Assembly (NCBI GenBank): GCA_051294905.1
Contig: CM119371.1
Location: forward strand, 31,374,001-31,438,000
Reading direction: 5' to 3'
Origin: Botryllus schlosseri
Taxonomy: Eukaryota
Length of the DNA: 64,000 bases
Part shown: positions 26,201 through 41,200 of the stretch, in pieces
How the letters are laid out: every line of letters starts with the position of its first letter
Numbering within the stretch: position 1 is the first letter of the stretch
Made by a program: the position numbers and the translations under genes
Notes under the pieces: model-generated
What the model saw: only the letters and a program-made list of their open reading frames with translations
Databases searched by the model: none
What the model was told of the DNA's origin: nothing

Positions 26201-29200
26201 AAGCAAACACTTTGCCGAATTCATACTCATAGGTAACATTTGATTTCACCTTGAATTGCATCCACGCTCGTCTGCATAGTTGTTGCAATTGGCTGTTCCG
26301 TCACACATCATATTCAGTGAAAGTCGAAATATCAATCCCGACTCGATGCGTTTGCAACTTTGAAGAGAATGATACATATATGTCAGCCTATGCGGGTTAT
26401 AGCTACCAGGTCTGTCAGTTTAGAAGCACTCTTAAGCCTGGAATAGACGATCCGTACGGAGCGCATGCGTTTAGTGGGATTGGTGAGTTAGTGAGAATAC
26501 GTCATCGCAAGGGTAGTAAACAATATGCGCTCAGCCGTGACTGTCACGTATCGATGATCATCACCTGCACAGTTGGGATTGTGGGGGGATATTCACAAAT
26601 GTATATTGAGCCTGACATTATTGTTGCTTTGGTGTTTGAGCTAGAGGGTTTATTGGTATAGAGGTATAACTCGTTTAGTGGTTAAAATATCAAGCCTTAG
26701 GAAGAAAAATGTTCAACTTTCAGGTGTTCTGGCTTCTTTTATGTCTTTCCCCGTTGGATTCTGAATGACAATCTTTACAATGCCGAGAATGCAAAGACTC
26801 CGCAGTCCGCATACTTTACATATATTCAAGTCCAAATCCCAGAACAATATCACGCCAATCAATCAATCAGGTTTGTTAATATTTTCATCGTTTCAAAACA
26901 TCACAAGATTGCGATACAATGAAAAGATAGGAAGGTGTCGAAACAACTTGGAGTAGCCATTAAGATCTGACACCCACCTTAGCCTAGGCGAAGTAAATAA
27001 GAGGCATGCACACTGAATTCAAAGTAATGCAGAGAATATAAGACGCACGCGACAAAATGAGGTGGTATGTGACGGAGGGCGAAGTCGATGTTAGGTCGTG
27101 GTCCGGTAATCCTGAAGACTATAGCTAGTATTGATTTAGAAGCAATTGCTTGTATTTCGCCAAATTGTGTTCCTGGCTACCTTGTTATAGTAGACTAGAT
27201 CGGTGTGATTGTACAGATCTGTACGACTATACACAGCGGTAATTAGATTATCATCTTCTATATTATTCATTTTGTTTTACAACTGAAAATAGCATAAAAT
27301 CGCATGATTAATCACTGCAACTTCAGAAAGTGCGTTGTCCCTATCAGTGCAGACCAGCTGACGCAGCTGAGCGGATGGAAAATACGCGTGAAAGGGAACG
27401 CGTGCGAGCTCTCACACTTTTGCTCTTTCTGCTCCTCATTTTTTCCTCGTCCCTCTTCTCTCTCGCACTATAGATAACTAACCTACGTAGGTTAGTTATC
27501 TATACTCGCACGCATCCGTTTGAGAAGAGAAATAAAGAGAATAAGAGACGGACGCGTTTACGGATCGTCTATTCCAGGCTTTACACTCCGGAGTACTTGG
27601 TTTTGTGTTCATACTCTTACAAGTTGATAAAGTGTTAACGCTTTTATCGTACTTTCACGTCTACTCTAAAGATTTATCAACGACTTGTTGTTATAATTGT
27701 TCCCTTGTTATAAATTTGTTTTTCGATGTTTTGATCACTTTATGAATCGCATTAGTTAACTGAATCGAAGAAGCCACGCGTGACACGCAACCGATTCCCT
27801 ATTCGCATCACCTCACGGGGCACTCTATGGCTTTGCGCGTCACGGCTGTACCGCCGGGCTCACGTTGTATGATTTGGGACTATGTCGTCGCCTAGCTACA
27901 TCACTTTCGAAGGTTTCACCCAATGTGCGTATCATCGTTTATTTTGAGGGGAAGGTTGTTTTAGCCGCCACATCTCTGATTATCGACAACGCACTTCGCG
28001 GAGTCGCATGTGCGCCGAACATTCGTACGCCTTGGTGTGCCCTCTGACAGGATTGATGGCCAACTACGAAACACCGTTGACTAATCTAGCATCATTAGGT
28101 TGCATTGAAAACCAGCACGCTAAAGCATTCCATCGTTCTCAGGCGACAGTGGTAATATGCCGCTCCTTCTGGTAATTGCGATGACGGTTTGACTCATTTC
28201 TTAAATTATGCGCGTGTTTGACATCCTTATTCACTTTTGATTTTGTTGGAAGGGGTACCCATTTTAAAATCAAGAAGTCAATTGACATGAAAACCTTCTA
28301 GTTTGCTGGATCCGTTCTGAAAGGATCCTACTTTATATCGCTTTGCAAAATAATGTTGTGCCCTAATTAAAGTATATAATTCCACATTTGATCTCGTACC
28401 CCTGCTTTAGTTCACGGGCCCCTGGTTAAGAACCGATGCTCCAGTTCAGGGATCGGGAACCTTTTTAGTCGAAAGTGCTTAATAAGACCTCTATATTTTC
28501 AATTGTAATTCCCAAAGAGACATGCGGCGATTTAGAATAGTCTGTTACGTTAAAGTTGAAGATTCTTGGCGTCATGGTTACACTATGACTCATACCAGGG
28601 TTTTAACTAAGTTACAAGGTCCCGAGTCACAAGTCAATCTTACTTTTGTAGTTTTAACTCGAATCATTTTTAATTCACCACCGAGTCAAATCTGAATACA
28701 AGTCACGATGAAGAGGGTCGAGTCTGAGTCAAAGACATATTTGCATTGTTCAATTTTCAGTTCAAGTCATGTTAAACCGACTTTTTTCAGCTATGCTTGA
28801 GTATTGTCGAATACCTCACACTCATAATATACTAACTCGTCTTATACGAAACAGTTTCGGGTCCTATTGTTCAAGTACTAGTACTGATAGAAAAAATATC
28901 AATCGTGCGATGACTATACTCTTCTTCGAAGTTACAATGACATGCCTGGCTTGGCCGTCCGAAACTCGAGTCATATGACTAGATCGAACCATGCGCAATG
29001 TTTCAAGCACAAGTCGAGTCAATACACAATTTGGCTCAAATCGAGACGAGGCATTCTCGTACTCAAGAAATCTTCTCCAGTCAAGTCGGGATTCGTCGTG
29101 TGCCCCATATATTCTGTGTAAAGCTGATGTAATGTTATAATGATCCCCCATATAAAGCTGGTTGACCGACATTTGAGCATGCAACATAATGAAAAACGAC

Positions 29201-32200
29201 AGTTGAGCATGGAGCACTGTGTCAAGTATTTCTTGTTGTATTCCCGTGAGAGCTGCATCACTTTTTCTTCAAAAGTCGAGGCAATATACACTCTAAAGCA
29301 GTCCCGCGGACGGTTACCCGTCTTACATGATAATATGGTCCATGCCCCAGTCTGCCGAAATTCCCCACTACTTGCTTAAACGTCAAATATTAGTGACTGT
29401 ATGTCATTATATAGGTGTGTGCGCGGCATGCTGGAGTAGAGCTTGCGCGCAAGTTCGTCTGAGCGAGAAGACTTGCATTATCGGCATTTACCATATATTA
29501 ATCCTAATGAATTTATATCTTGGTAAATTTGGAGAACCGGACTTATAGAGCGCCAGGGAATCATAATTAGGGATCGCACTGTGCGTTTTGATCAGAGATA
29601 TGCAGACATGGCGACGCCTGTATGACAATGCTGTTCTCAAATCCACATTGTCTTCGTCATTATCGGCGAGAAATGGCTTCGAAGAGACATTGCTGCCGTT
29701 AAATATATTAATTGAATACGATTTATTCTTTGTTTATGTGGAAATTGTTGGTAAAGCGACGAAAGATATTGATTTATGGGAATATTATATCATTTGATTG
29801 CCCCAGTTGATACATTTCGCCGCGTTTAAAACGTCAATATCTACTTCAGCATTGTGGCGTTATGTGGCCTAAGGCTTCGCTAGGTATCGTACACAATATT
29901 ATAGACCAGGGGTCGGGAACTTTTTCGTCCGAAGAGCCATATTGGCCCATTATTTCCATTTAAACTCCCAAAGAGTCATACATGCCAATCAACTGTTACG
30001 TCACAATGGACAATTCGTGACGTCATGATATCACTTATGTAAACTCACTACATTGGATTGGCGTGCGCGCCTCGTTTTCTCATTAAAAACTCGTACTAAT
30101 TATGCTGTTAAAGCATGCGAAACCTAAAGTGCGAGAACGAAACCTCGTCGTGATGCTCCTTTTGAATGCGAGAACCCAAGATCAGTTGATCACATGCGTA
30201 AGTGGAGCTAAACTTGGTCACTACAGCAGTATATACCAAATATAAGGTGTGATATATCAGTGACGTGCGGTCACGGGAGGCAAGTTAGGAAGTGCCTTAC
30301 CTGTCGTCAGGATGAGTGAACGAAAATTCTGAAACCTTCAATTACTATTGGTATTCTTTGTCGATGTTCTTGGATGACTGGATATTGCACATATTACACA
30401 CACCTATTACACACACAAGCCCGAAACGAAAGGTATGGCACAGACGGGCCAAGGTGGCCACAGACTCGCCATTGATACCACAGTTCATCGTAAATCGCTT
30501 AGAATTTATAATAACTGATTATAATCGAATGCAACTGTCGCACTGTTTTGATCGACTTCTCAATTCTCAAAGTAATGGGCGAACACATATAACGTTGTGC
30601 TACACGCCTACATTCGATCGCCGGTACTACAAAGCGACTAACCAATCAAGGACGTGGATTGATATGGCGTTGTTTGTAATTCAAGCTGTATGGTAATTGT
30701 GAATGTCACTTCCACGGCAGCTCATTTCGCGCCGTAGATCTGGAAAGCAGTCTGTATTTGAAAACAACGTTGTCATATGGGCATCGCCATGTCTGCTATT
30801 CTCTTTCATCAATCAACGTATCGTCCAATCCAAGATTACGAGTCAGGTACATTGAATTCGCGACTGATACTGATATTGGTCGCCGGCGCGACAGTAACTT
30901 AAATTCGGGGATTTTGGAAACGGAGTCCTAGCCCCTAACCCTGAAGACGGCATTGTCCTCACCTCTCAAAGACATTTTTATACGGTAATAAAGAATGATT
31001 ATGGTCGTGATGAAAATTTACTAACAAGTTGCTGCCATATTGATCAATTCAATAAGAAAAATAATGTTTGGCAAAGAGCCATATCTTATACCCAAAAGAG
31101 CCATATACGGCTCGCGAGCCATAGGTTCCCGACCGCGTATATAGACTATCACTTCATTGAAATGTAGGGTTGGAATTAGCAATATGACGTCACATGACCT
31201 CATGAGGTTCACGTTCGCGTTCACACAGAACCTTTCAAAAAGGTTCGCATTCACACGAACTTGAACCTTTCGGAGGTTCACACCCTCCCTATTGGTTTCC
31301 TACGTGCCAACGTGTATTTCTACCCATACATACTCCGTATCGAGCTCGACAGGTTTGATTTGTCTGATACAGACCGCTAAAAACACGAAGTTGCCATATT
31401 TGCCCTATCAATAAAACACCTAAGGTATTGCACTGGTAAATGAGCAATAATCAGCAGGTAATATTTGACATAGAGTTTAGGATATTGAAAAAAGGTCCGA
31501 TCCACTAAATAAATGCGATACGACACTGTATTATGCTAACAAAGACTTGGCTTAGCTTGCACAATAGCAATGCTTCCGTCCGTTATAGATTTATACAAAA
31601 TATTTGCAGAAATACTGAAAAATTTTCGAATTACCTGCCGAATTAAAAATTTAGCGGCGGTCATATCACATCACCAAAAGAGCCACATATGGCTCGCAAG
31701 CTATATGTTCCCGATCCCTGCTCTAATTGTAAGTTGAATCGGCATATGAATTTACATAATAACTTAGTTGCTATTATCGAATACCACACGGCCTGAATAA
31801 AAGCTTGAAACCTCGTATTTCATGAAAGTATATATGGTAACTCACGTCGGGTAGACATAGAAGTCGGTGTAAGAACCTCTAAAATCATAATCGATTTCGT
31901 CGATAAATTCGCAGAATTCTGGTGTAGTGTCACAGCGGCATTCTTCGTCCATGAATTCTTCGCATTCAGGTATCCCATCACACCTTGTTGAATCTGAATA
32001 GGCCACCAACATCTGATCACATTTGCCGACACGGTATAGAGGTGGTTTTGTAATTAGATCGAATGCGGCACTTACATATGATGCCGACCGGACTGTAGCA
32101 TTCGTAGTCCAGTTTTCTCTTGCCTTGAAAAGGACCGTCACTTGGCTCTTAAGTAAACAACAAATACATAATCAAGCCTCATTCATCGAAAATTATTGTA

Positions 32201-35200
32201 TGCAAATGATGGGTATTGCCAGCTTATTGATGCTTGGCTTATAATTTATATGCAAACAGTGATAAATTTTAAGCAACTGTTTTTCGCCTTTTCCAATTCA
32301 AAGATGTATAACATATAATGCATTGCAATTATTAGGAGAATTTGATATTGTTGTAGGTATTGCTTTGGTACTCATAAGGCTTAGGATTCATTTGTCATTT
32401 TATATTAGGCCGATACTCTTTATTATGAGTTCTGATCAGCCCACTTTCGTACTAAGCTTTCTGTAAGATACCGAGGAGTACCCTGGATAAACACTCGAAG
32501 TATTGATCGAACACGAGCTCGATATCAATTGGTGTTGCAGCTGCTGAACGTACCTCTACGCCTTCTCGTCAATCGCAAATAATGCCAGAGCAAAACGATA
32601 TGCACTTCCAGCTAACAATTATGATATTTGATCTCTTCAATAGTGTTTGAGTCTATATATTCGGCCTGGAGACCCACGGATTTTATTCTGTGGTCGGTTG
32701 AAGTCCAGGGGTTTGGTAAGCGAGTCTATGTTATAGATCGCTGTTGCAGAAAATGCACTGTGCATTAACAGAATATTAACAATAAAACATTACCATTTAA
32801 TTTTTACACTAAAAACGACGTTATAAGGAATGTATATTTCAAATCACTGGGATCTCTGTTGCTCCCTTTCAGAGAAATTCTGAAAAAAAAATTCGTGTGC
32901 TTCAGAAGAATTCATTCGTATTGTTCGATTGGAACGTAACGGCGTGATACCAATTGTTTAATTGCAAATGGGCCAATAAACATTGGAGAAATAATTCTTC
33001 AGCTCATTAACTCCTTGTAATATTTATATAAAATATGTGCTGTGAATGCGTACAACATTACTATTTGGGATGATGTGAACGTGAGGTACACGCTCACGTT
33101 CTGTGCGCGAACCGCTGGAATTTAGAGGCTCGCGTTCACAAACGAACCTTGGTAGGTTCTGCACTGCGAACTGGTTTCATATTTCATTACGTCATCTTTG
33201 TTTTAAATTCTTCGCATTTCCATTTCACACCACTCTCCTCGTGGCGCTGGACGCATGAATGGAAATTCAGCAATTAACGAGCATGCATCTAACCGATTCC
33301 AAACATTATTTGCTCGAAAGTTTGCTCGGATAATTCAGCTTTCAGTTTGTGAATCTTTAGTGGCTCTCAACGGTGAGTTTTGGCCGCAATCACACAATAG
33401 CAGGAGCGAAACACACGACATGTTGGAAACAATGACTTGTACTTAGTCAACCATGACATCAGTTATTTCCAACAACGAAATTGATATAACGAATGCATCG
33501 ACTTCTAATGTAAAAGTTCTATGAGGCGTACCGGACCTGTCTTGATTTGATATCCTCATTGTATAATAAAAACCAAATCCTTCCGATTAGGGTGATGATT
33601 ACTCTTCAATTTTTCAGATAATACGTGACGCAAGCAGAGGTGGTCAGTAACGAAGTACTTCTACTTTTTAGAAGTATCCAAGTAGTTTTACTCTACTTCT
33701 GGTACTTACTCAAGTAGATCTGATTTTCTCTACTTCTACTTCTACTTAACAATATTTTTTGATCTACTTACTTACTCTTCGCTATTTTCAGTTTGTCAAG
33801 TAGAAGTAGTTTAATCCCCGAATACGAAGATTAGCCTGAGGAATTTCGGGGCTGTTTATATGGAGTATCAACATTTAATATTCATAAAAGTGAAGTAAAG
33901 CCCAGAAACTGCAGTGACCTATCATATCGTAATCTAGCAGCCCATGACGTGTCCTGCTAATCTGGAAATTAGGATTTTTTGAACGTTACACCTGTTCTAG
34001 CAGATCACATTTGAAGCTTTATGGACAAAAGACATGAAATATATTTTCCGCTTTTTAGAAGTGGTATTTATATTTCACTTTCCATTCCGAGTATCATACT
34101 TTGAGTTCTAATTAATTTCGGTTCTTGTGTCTGCAGAACATACATGTTGAAGCATAAAAGCAAGTGTATAGTAATGCCTCTATTATCCGAAAATAAAGCT
34201 ACACTAAACATAAATTTTACGATCCACAATATTTGTAATTAATATATACTAATCGCGCAAAGTGTTGAAACCGTATCCGATATAACTTCTCCGTATTGCT
34301 CTTCGCCTAAACTTGGGACCTTATAATATGGGGTAGGACGCCGTGTCATGATATTCTCTAAGACGGGGTTTTATAGTAAACAAGGGTTAGTATCGCATTT
34401 TCATATCAATACTATAATTTACATCCCATGATGCGAATATTCTGTCGAAAATTGATACCTCCTGGGATATGCATCAATAAGAATCAAGCTCTCTGCACTT
34501 TCCGCATAGCTCAATTTGCAGCTTTTGACAGTTCATGCGAACGAATTAAGACTGTTTTCAAAACTACTTACTTACTTGAGTGGATTTAAAGTCAGCCAGT
34601 TCTACTTCTACTTCCAGTAGTTTTAGGTTACTTATGGAAGAAGTACTTCTACTCGTACTTGAGTAGATTTTTTTCGTCACTTCTTCTACTTCTACTTGAG
34701 TAGATTTCTTGACTACTTTGACCATCTCTTGACGCAAGTAGCCCTGTAGAATTCTGTGTGTCTTTCATCTGCCCGGTCTAGCCGAGTCCTCGTCAAAATT
34801 TTTGCAAAGTTATTTTGTGGAATTATTATAGCATTTGAATGATTGGATTGCTCCAGTTGATACATTAGGTGACGTATAAAATGTCAACATTTACTTCAGC
34901 ATTGTAGCATGGTATGGCCGGAGTTGTCGTTATAGTTTAGTTTTTGTACATTAATATGTACCTCTACGGAAATGTACGGTTGGAATTGGCAACATGACGT
35001 GATAGATTCACGTTCGCGTGCACACAGAAGCTTTCAAAAAGATTTGCGTTCACAATAACCAGAACCTTTCAGGGGTTCACATCATCCCTAACTACAATGC
35101 TGGAGCTATGAGAATTTATATGAAATATGACTGTGGCTCAAACATCTTCGAGTTGTGATCGATGTCACGATAGGCCTAATAAAATCAGATCTCAAACCAA

Positions 35201-38200
35201 ATACTGAGAGAATGGACGCGCTACATAATTTCGGTATCAACAGGTTGTTGCATTACATCCAGCCGAACTCGCTTCAACATTGGCATTTGATTATGACAAA
35301 CCTTCGTCGACTCATGTACCAACCACAAATTGATCATCAACTCACAAGGGTCTGTGTACCATTGAACTGGAAATCGGAATTATATTCATTCGCAAACATC
35401 TCGTACCGAACGGGAATTTCTACTTGTTCCCAAGTATAAATTTCCATTATACTTTTTTTTTAATACTATTAGTGTTGAGCGGATGTCTCATTGGTAGTGA
35501 TGAAATTACCGTTCGAAGAAAATTGGTCTGAGGCTGATGTTGAACGTTTATTATGCAGCAGCATTATTTCATTTTATATCGAGCGAATTCGCTGTCCAAC
35601 TTCGTTGTCAATCATTTAAAAAATTATGCAAATACGTCCTTGCCGTGGATTGGACATCTTTTTTGGCAACGCTAGTGCACAAAATCATTTTGGTTGAATG
35701 TCGATTTCGGTTTATAAGATAGTTATGTTACCGACCAAAAGTGTATTACCGATGCAATATCGTTATAATTTTTTCATGCCAACTTACCTTTCTGCATGCA
35801 ATGGGCTTCATCGTCACCGTGCGGGCAATCCAACCTATGAATACGTTATCGTATACAAATTTATTTCAATGGGGTCATGACATGATCTCAAACATTCGTT
35901 CTAAATGATGTGAGCGAGGTCAGAAAATACTCTAAAAAAGATTCTGCCTCAATCGTCCAAATTTAAATAGCGGGATTAGCCGAGAGTACGTTGAGCAGTA
36001 TGGTGGAAATTAAATGATGTCTAATTTTCACGCCAGGCAAGCAAAATGAGACGTAAATAATTTCCTGTTATCCTGGATCATGAAGCTGGTCATGGCGTCC
36101 TATTCGAAACCTTGATGGGATAAAGGCCGGGCTGTAATGGCTCGAGTCATGAGTTTTTGGGGACTCGACTTGACTCGAGTCAATTTTTTCAAATGCGTAA
36201 AATGACTCGACTTGGCCCGAGTTAATTTTTGCAATGCCTCGACTTGTACTCGAGTCATTGTGGTTGACTCGAACCAAGTCCTGTGACTCGAGACTAGGAC
36301 GGCCAAGACAGAAATTTCAATAAAAGTTCGAAGAATAGTAGAGTTACCACATCATTGGTATTTCGTTTGTCAGTCCTGATACTTGAACAGGGCTAGAAAC
36401 TGTTAAGACTGGTGAAAATTAATTTACTTTGAATACGAGCCATTCTGCATCGCTCGAGCAGAGTTGACAAAAGTGCGTGGAACTGGACTGAACTGATAAC
36501 TGAACAGTGACTATAACAACTCGGACTCGGGTCAAAACAGTATGATCCTCTACTAACTGATTTGGACTCGGAATTGACTCGTTAGTGAATTGAAAATGAC
36601 TCGACTTGACTCGAGTCAAAACTATAAAAAAGTGAGATTGACTTGTGACTTGGAATCTTGTGACTTAGTTACAAACCTCGATAAAGGAACCTCACAGACA
36701 CAAGTCGGCGTACCCATCACCAATAAACTGCTGTCTCTAGTGGAAGTTTTCTAATTAGAAGTTATTTTAAGGAGGTTTGCTATTTCGGAAGTAATTAACA
36801 CATTTGTGAAAAAACAGGTGGGTTTAATATACAGCCTAAAACGACAGTACGGAAATTGATAGGTATCCTATACCTGCTATCGCAGATTCTAGTTGCGTTC
36901 ACCAGTATTCTAGTTTCACCTCCCTCATTACCACATCGAATTGACGGTAGATTTGAATTCCCAGATACACTCGTATCTGTGACAATACATGTAATCATTA
37001 CCATCGATTAAATTTGTAACAGAAACCTAATTTACCCCATATGACGCTGTCACATAGTTTCGGGCGAGCAGCCGAAGGGCACAGGCACTCGTCCGTGAGG
37101 TCACGGCAGTCAAATACGCCGTCGCATAACTTGGAAATTGGTACAACGACAAATGGCTCGGTAAAGCATTGGAAACACATGTTGTCCGAAGGATCTGCCG
37201 AATGATTTGATACTGTATAACAACATTAATAAATTACAGGTAAAGTGTAGCTTACATTTTTTGTCGCTTGGACAGATGCACTCGTCAATATCTGTAAGAA
37301 ATATCACCATTTCAAAAATTATTCTTTCAATTTAAATTGAAAGCCACCTCAATAAAACATTGGGAATGGCGTGAACTTGAGGTTCACGTTCGCGTCGTGT
37401 GTGTGAATCTCAGAAATTGGGAGGTTCGCATTCACAAACGTACCTTCGTAGGTTATGCAATGTAAACCTCTTTCATGTATTTCAATTTGACAATTGACAT
37501 AAAGAATATTTCGGTGTCAGATGTAAAACATCTGTCAGGCGTACTGGATCTATCTTGATTTGATATCCTTATTAGGCGTTGACTAATGTATAACTGTTTT
37601 TTGATTTATTATATTGCGCAAGTACAGACACCAGTGTTTTCCTTCTAAGAATACATCAGTCCGGTCTAGCCCAGTCCTCGTTGCAATTGTTGGCAAAGCG
37701 ACGGAAGATATTGATTTTGTGAAATTAATATAGCATTCCATTGTTCCACTTGATACACTTGGTGATGTTCAAAAAGTCGGCATGTACTTCAACACTGTCG
37801 CATAGTGTGCCCCGAGTCGTCGCTAGTTAAGATGTACATAAATATATTACTTTACGGAAATGTGGGGTTGGAGTTGGGAATATCTCGTCACGTGACGTGA
37901 CGTCATAGGTTCACGCTCGCGTTCACGCAAACCAGAACCTTTCGGGGGTTCGCACCAACCCTAATATACATATGCTAGTTGTAGCTAGCTCTATCAGCAT
38001 TTGATTTATTATGTGTGAAAATCTCAAATATGATGCGTCACAATGTCTCATTCTATTGATTAATACATGATAGAAAAAGAAACATCAATGAGACTGCATG
38101 AAGCTGACAGGTAGCCTAATTCGTTAGAACTTGGTGCAAAGCGTCTGACAGTAGCTGTTGAAGAGTTGGCGTGCCAGCGACCAAAGAACGGACAGCAGAA

Positions 38201-41200
38201 AATTAATGAAAAAATTTAGGACTCTTGATTGGCTAATCGGCTATGCTTCAAGGATCACGTCAGTTAACGGCGGTGATTCTGTAACTTGATTGCAGATCGG
38301 TTGAAATACAATAATTTAAGATTGATTCAGGACATGTTGAGATACGAAATTCATGATCAACAAACAGCGGCTGCTTTACAAAAGCCCTTGAAGCATGAAT
38401 AGCTTATTCAGAAGGAAACGGATGTAGATTACATGCCTTATTTTCATCTAGGGAAAGCATAGAAACTCAGGGGGAATTGTAAAGGCTCTTATGCGAGTAG
38501 CAAGAAGGGAGGCATCACCATTACATACAAATATAAATCTTAGCCAATAACACTACATTGTCTAATATTCTTAGGCTCCAGTCGTGGTATATAATTAGAG
38601 TCTTGAATGCTTTATGATTGTAGCAGTTGTTCTTTATACATGTATTTCGTAACTCAACCTGTCCTGAAATCTTAAATCACTATCTGCCAACCTACCTACC
38701 ATGCGCTCGCAGAATCACCGCCGTTAGCGGAATCGTTTAACAACTAATCAGTAGGGCGGTTTTTTTTTTACCTAAAAAAAAGAAAATTTTGACCTAAAAA
38801 ATCCAAATTTTGACTTTTTTTACCTAAAAAACTGAATTTTGACCAAATTTTGACCTGACGTATGCAAATTAGGTGTTTTCCCACATAATGTTAAAATTGT
38901 ACCACTTATCTTCATTTCTGGTTGGATCTGACTGTCCTAACGAAGTAGTTTGGCCTGAAACAGCGTTTTTGGCTTAGAAACAGGCAACTTTTTACATGAA
39001 AAAAACACAATTTTTTAACGAAATCGGACCCTATGAAGAATTCCAGTGGTTACAATATGTATTATGGTAGAAATAATTAAAATATTTTGTAGTACAACGA
39101 GAGATACTTCCCTACATTATTGGGTAGAAAGTGCACGTCCTTATACCAAGAAGCTTACCAAGGACGTTCAACAGCAGCAGTTGTTGGCTGACAACACTCA
39201 AGTTGTGCGTACACTGCTGGTGCTGGTGACACACCGTGTTGCTTCATTCTGACAATGTTGTCTACATCACAATTTTTCATCATGCGCTTCTTAATATAAG
39301 AATGATGCAATGCACAAGAAGTCTTTCTTCAGTTAGGATATTGCGGTACGTTGACCATAAGACCATGTCTACCTATTATTTGTTTTATTTGACCGTTTAT
39401 GATTCACAATGAGCAGACGATTAGCCGTTTACAGCGGTAGGCCTATAAAATAGGCTAACAGCGGTAAAATATCAAATTATAAGTTCACCGACAGTGCAAA
39501 ATCTACGATACAAACAAAATGCAGACGTCAAACATTTTTTGACTTCATGGAAAATTTTGACAAATTTTGACAGGTCAAAAAAAAAACGCCCTACTAATCA
39601 GCTTTCAGCTAGCCGCGACCTTCCTGTTCATTCAAACATATAGGTTAGCTGATTGGCCAATCAAGAGCCGTGACTTCGTGATTATTAGTCTTCTCGTCGT
39701 TCTATGGACGCTGACACGCCTACTCTCCGACAGCTACTTTCTAATGCTTTGGGCCAAGTCTTTATAACTTTCCTGTGAGGTTCTTTCGGATTCCTTGATG
39801 CTTTTTATCGATTACACTAGTCAACACATATTTTTAGGCAGACAAAGTAAGAGTGGTTTTAGGGGTTCTAAAGGGCACTGATTCCGAATATGACCTTATT
39901 TTTTTTTCAAATTTGCTCTTGTTGTGGAGATAACTCATGGGGCTATTTTGACCAAAATCTTCCACTTTCGCGGTAATGACTACATATAAAATCGGCTGCG
40001 GCCCGTGACGTCATCTAAACTAGGAAATTGGCCCGCGAGCACATTTGAGTTTGAGACCTCTGATCTAAAAACTTTTATTTACTACATCTTAGGAGAAATT
40101 ACATGGAGTGAACTCCTTCCTACTGTGAAATTGAAATCTTCCATTTTTATTCGAATATAACAGATACTAGAATTAAGCTTCTCGTTTGATAGGGTTACTA
40201 GGTATACCCACTTTGTTGACTCAGTGGAAAATTATCCATTTACCGGTCAAAAGAAAGGAGACGCATATGAGTATTGTGGTTAAGCCTTCCAAGGACAAAT
40301 CTTACAGTTTAATACTCCTCTTTAATCTTGGTTAAATGACCAATTGATACAGGAGAATATGTATTTCCGTTATGCAAAATTACAATTTTCAGGCTTGACA
40401 AACTGCTTTTTTGACAGACGAATGTCTCGCATCATGACATGTTAATATTGATAGAATGACTGAGAGTGACATGAGGGTTCTTCATAGTCAATTAGTTATT
40501 TATGCGCAGTATAAAATTGGAAAAAATACGATTTTATTCCTGAGCGTAAATACAGTAATTTTGGGCTTTTGGGGGTATAAATATATTCTGACAAAGAGCC
40601 AATCTGACAAAACTAATGTGATATTCGTAATCAGCAACCTCAAAAGACCTAGAAATGGCTCTCAGATGCTCTCCAAAAAAATAAAAAATCATTTTGTTGA
40701 CCAGTGTTATATATAAAATGAGACATTGAGAAGTCTCACTTATGAGATATTCCAAATTTTGGACATTCCTAATATATAATTATCTCTCTGTAAAGGCGTT
40801 GATGTAACATATACATCAGCCGGTACTGTATGGTGTTACACCGTACTTACTATGATCACACAGCGCTGCGCCATCGCATATATCAGAGTCATATATCATG
40901 CACTGCTGCCCGTATCGGTGACATATTCTGCCTGTAAAGTTAGTCGTCTCGGGCAGGTTGATTTCGTCGCTTCCATCTCTAAAAATAGGCAATCAAGGCA
41001 GTGCTAAGTTGACTCGAGGCGAGTCATAACTTGACTCGTGTTACTACCGTAAAATGACATGACTTGACTCGTATCGGTACAAGCGCATGAGAAATATAGA
41101 TTGACTAGTGAGTCTGAGTAAAATTCTGGAGTGAACTTACAAGACAATGAATATTTCTATCCAGAAAATATTCTGAACCTGTCGACTGCACTAAAAATAC

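Noticed and set aside
27770..28200. GC-richer patch with faint Ty3/gypsy integrase C-terminal similarity on the minus strand (RRTNV, SPKSYNV)
   Set aside because: Too degenerate to support without a translated search; no LTRs seen.
30296..30304. ccttacctg resembling the U1 snRNA 5' end or a splice donor
   Set aside because: No U1 body follows; it lies inside a MITE and no exon is needed there for phase continuity.
31842..32141. 99-aa ORF taken as a single exon
   Set aside because: The phase with the upstream exon only works if it is split into 32076-32147 (different frame) and 31846-31993 by an 82-nt GT-AG intron, which also gives a better LDLa pattern.
40932..40940. Strong-looking acceptor (actttacag) inside exon 40851-40978
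   Set aside because: Wrong phase for the upstream exon, and using it would delete the DGSDE motif.
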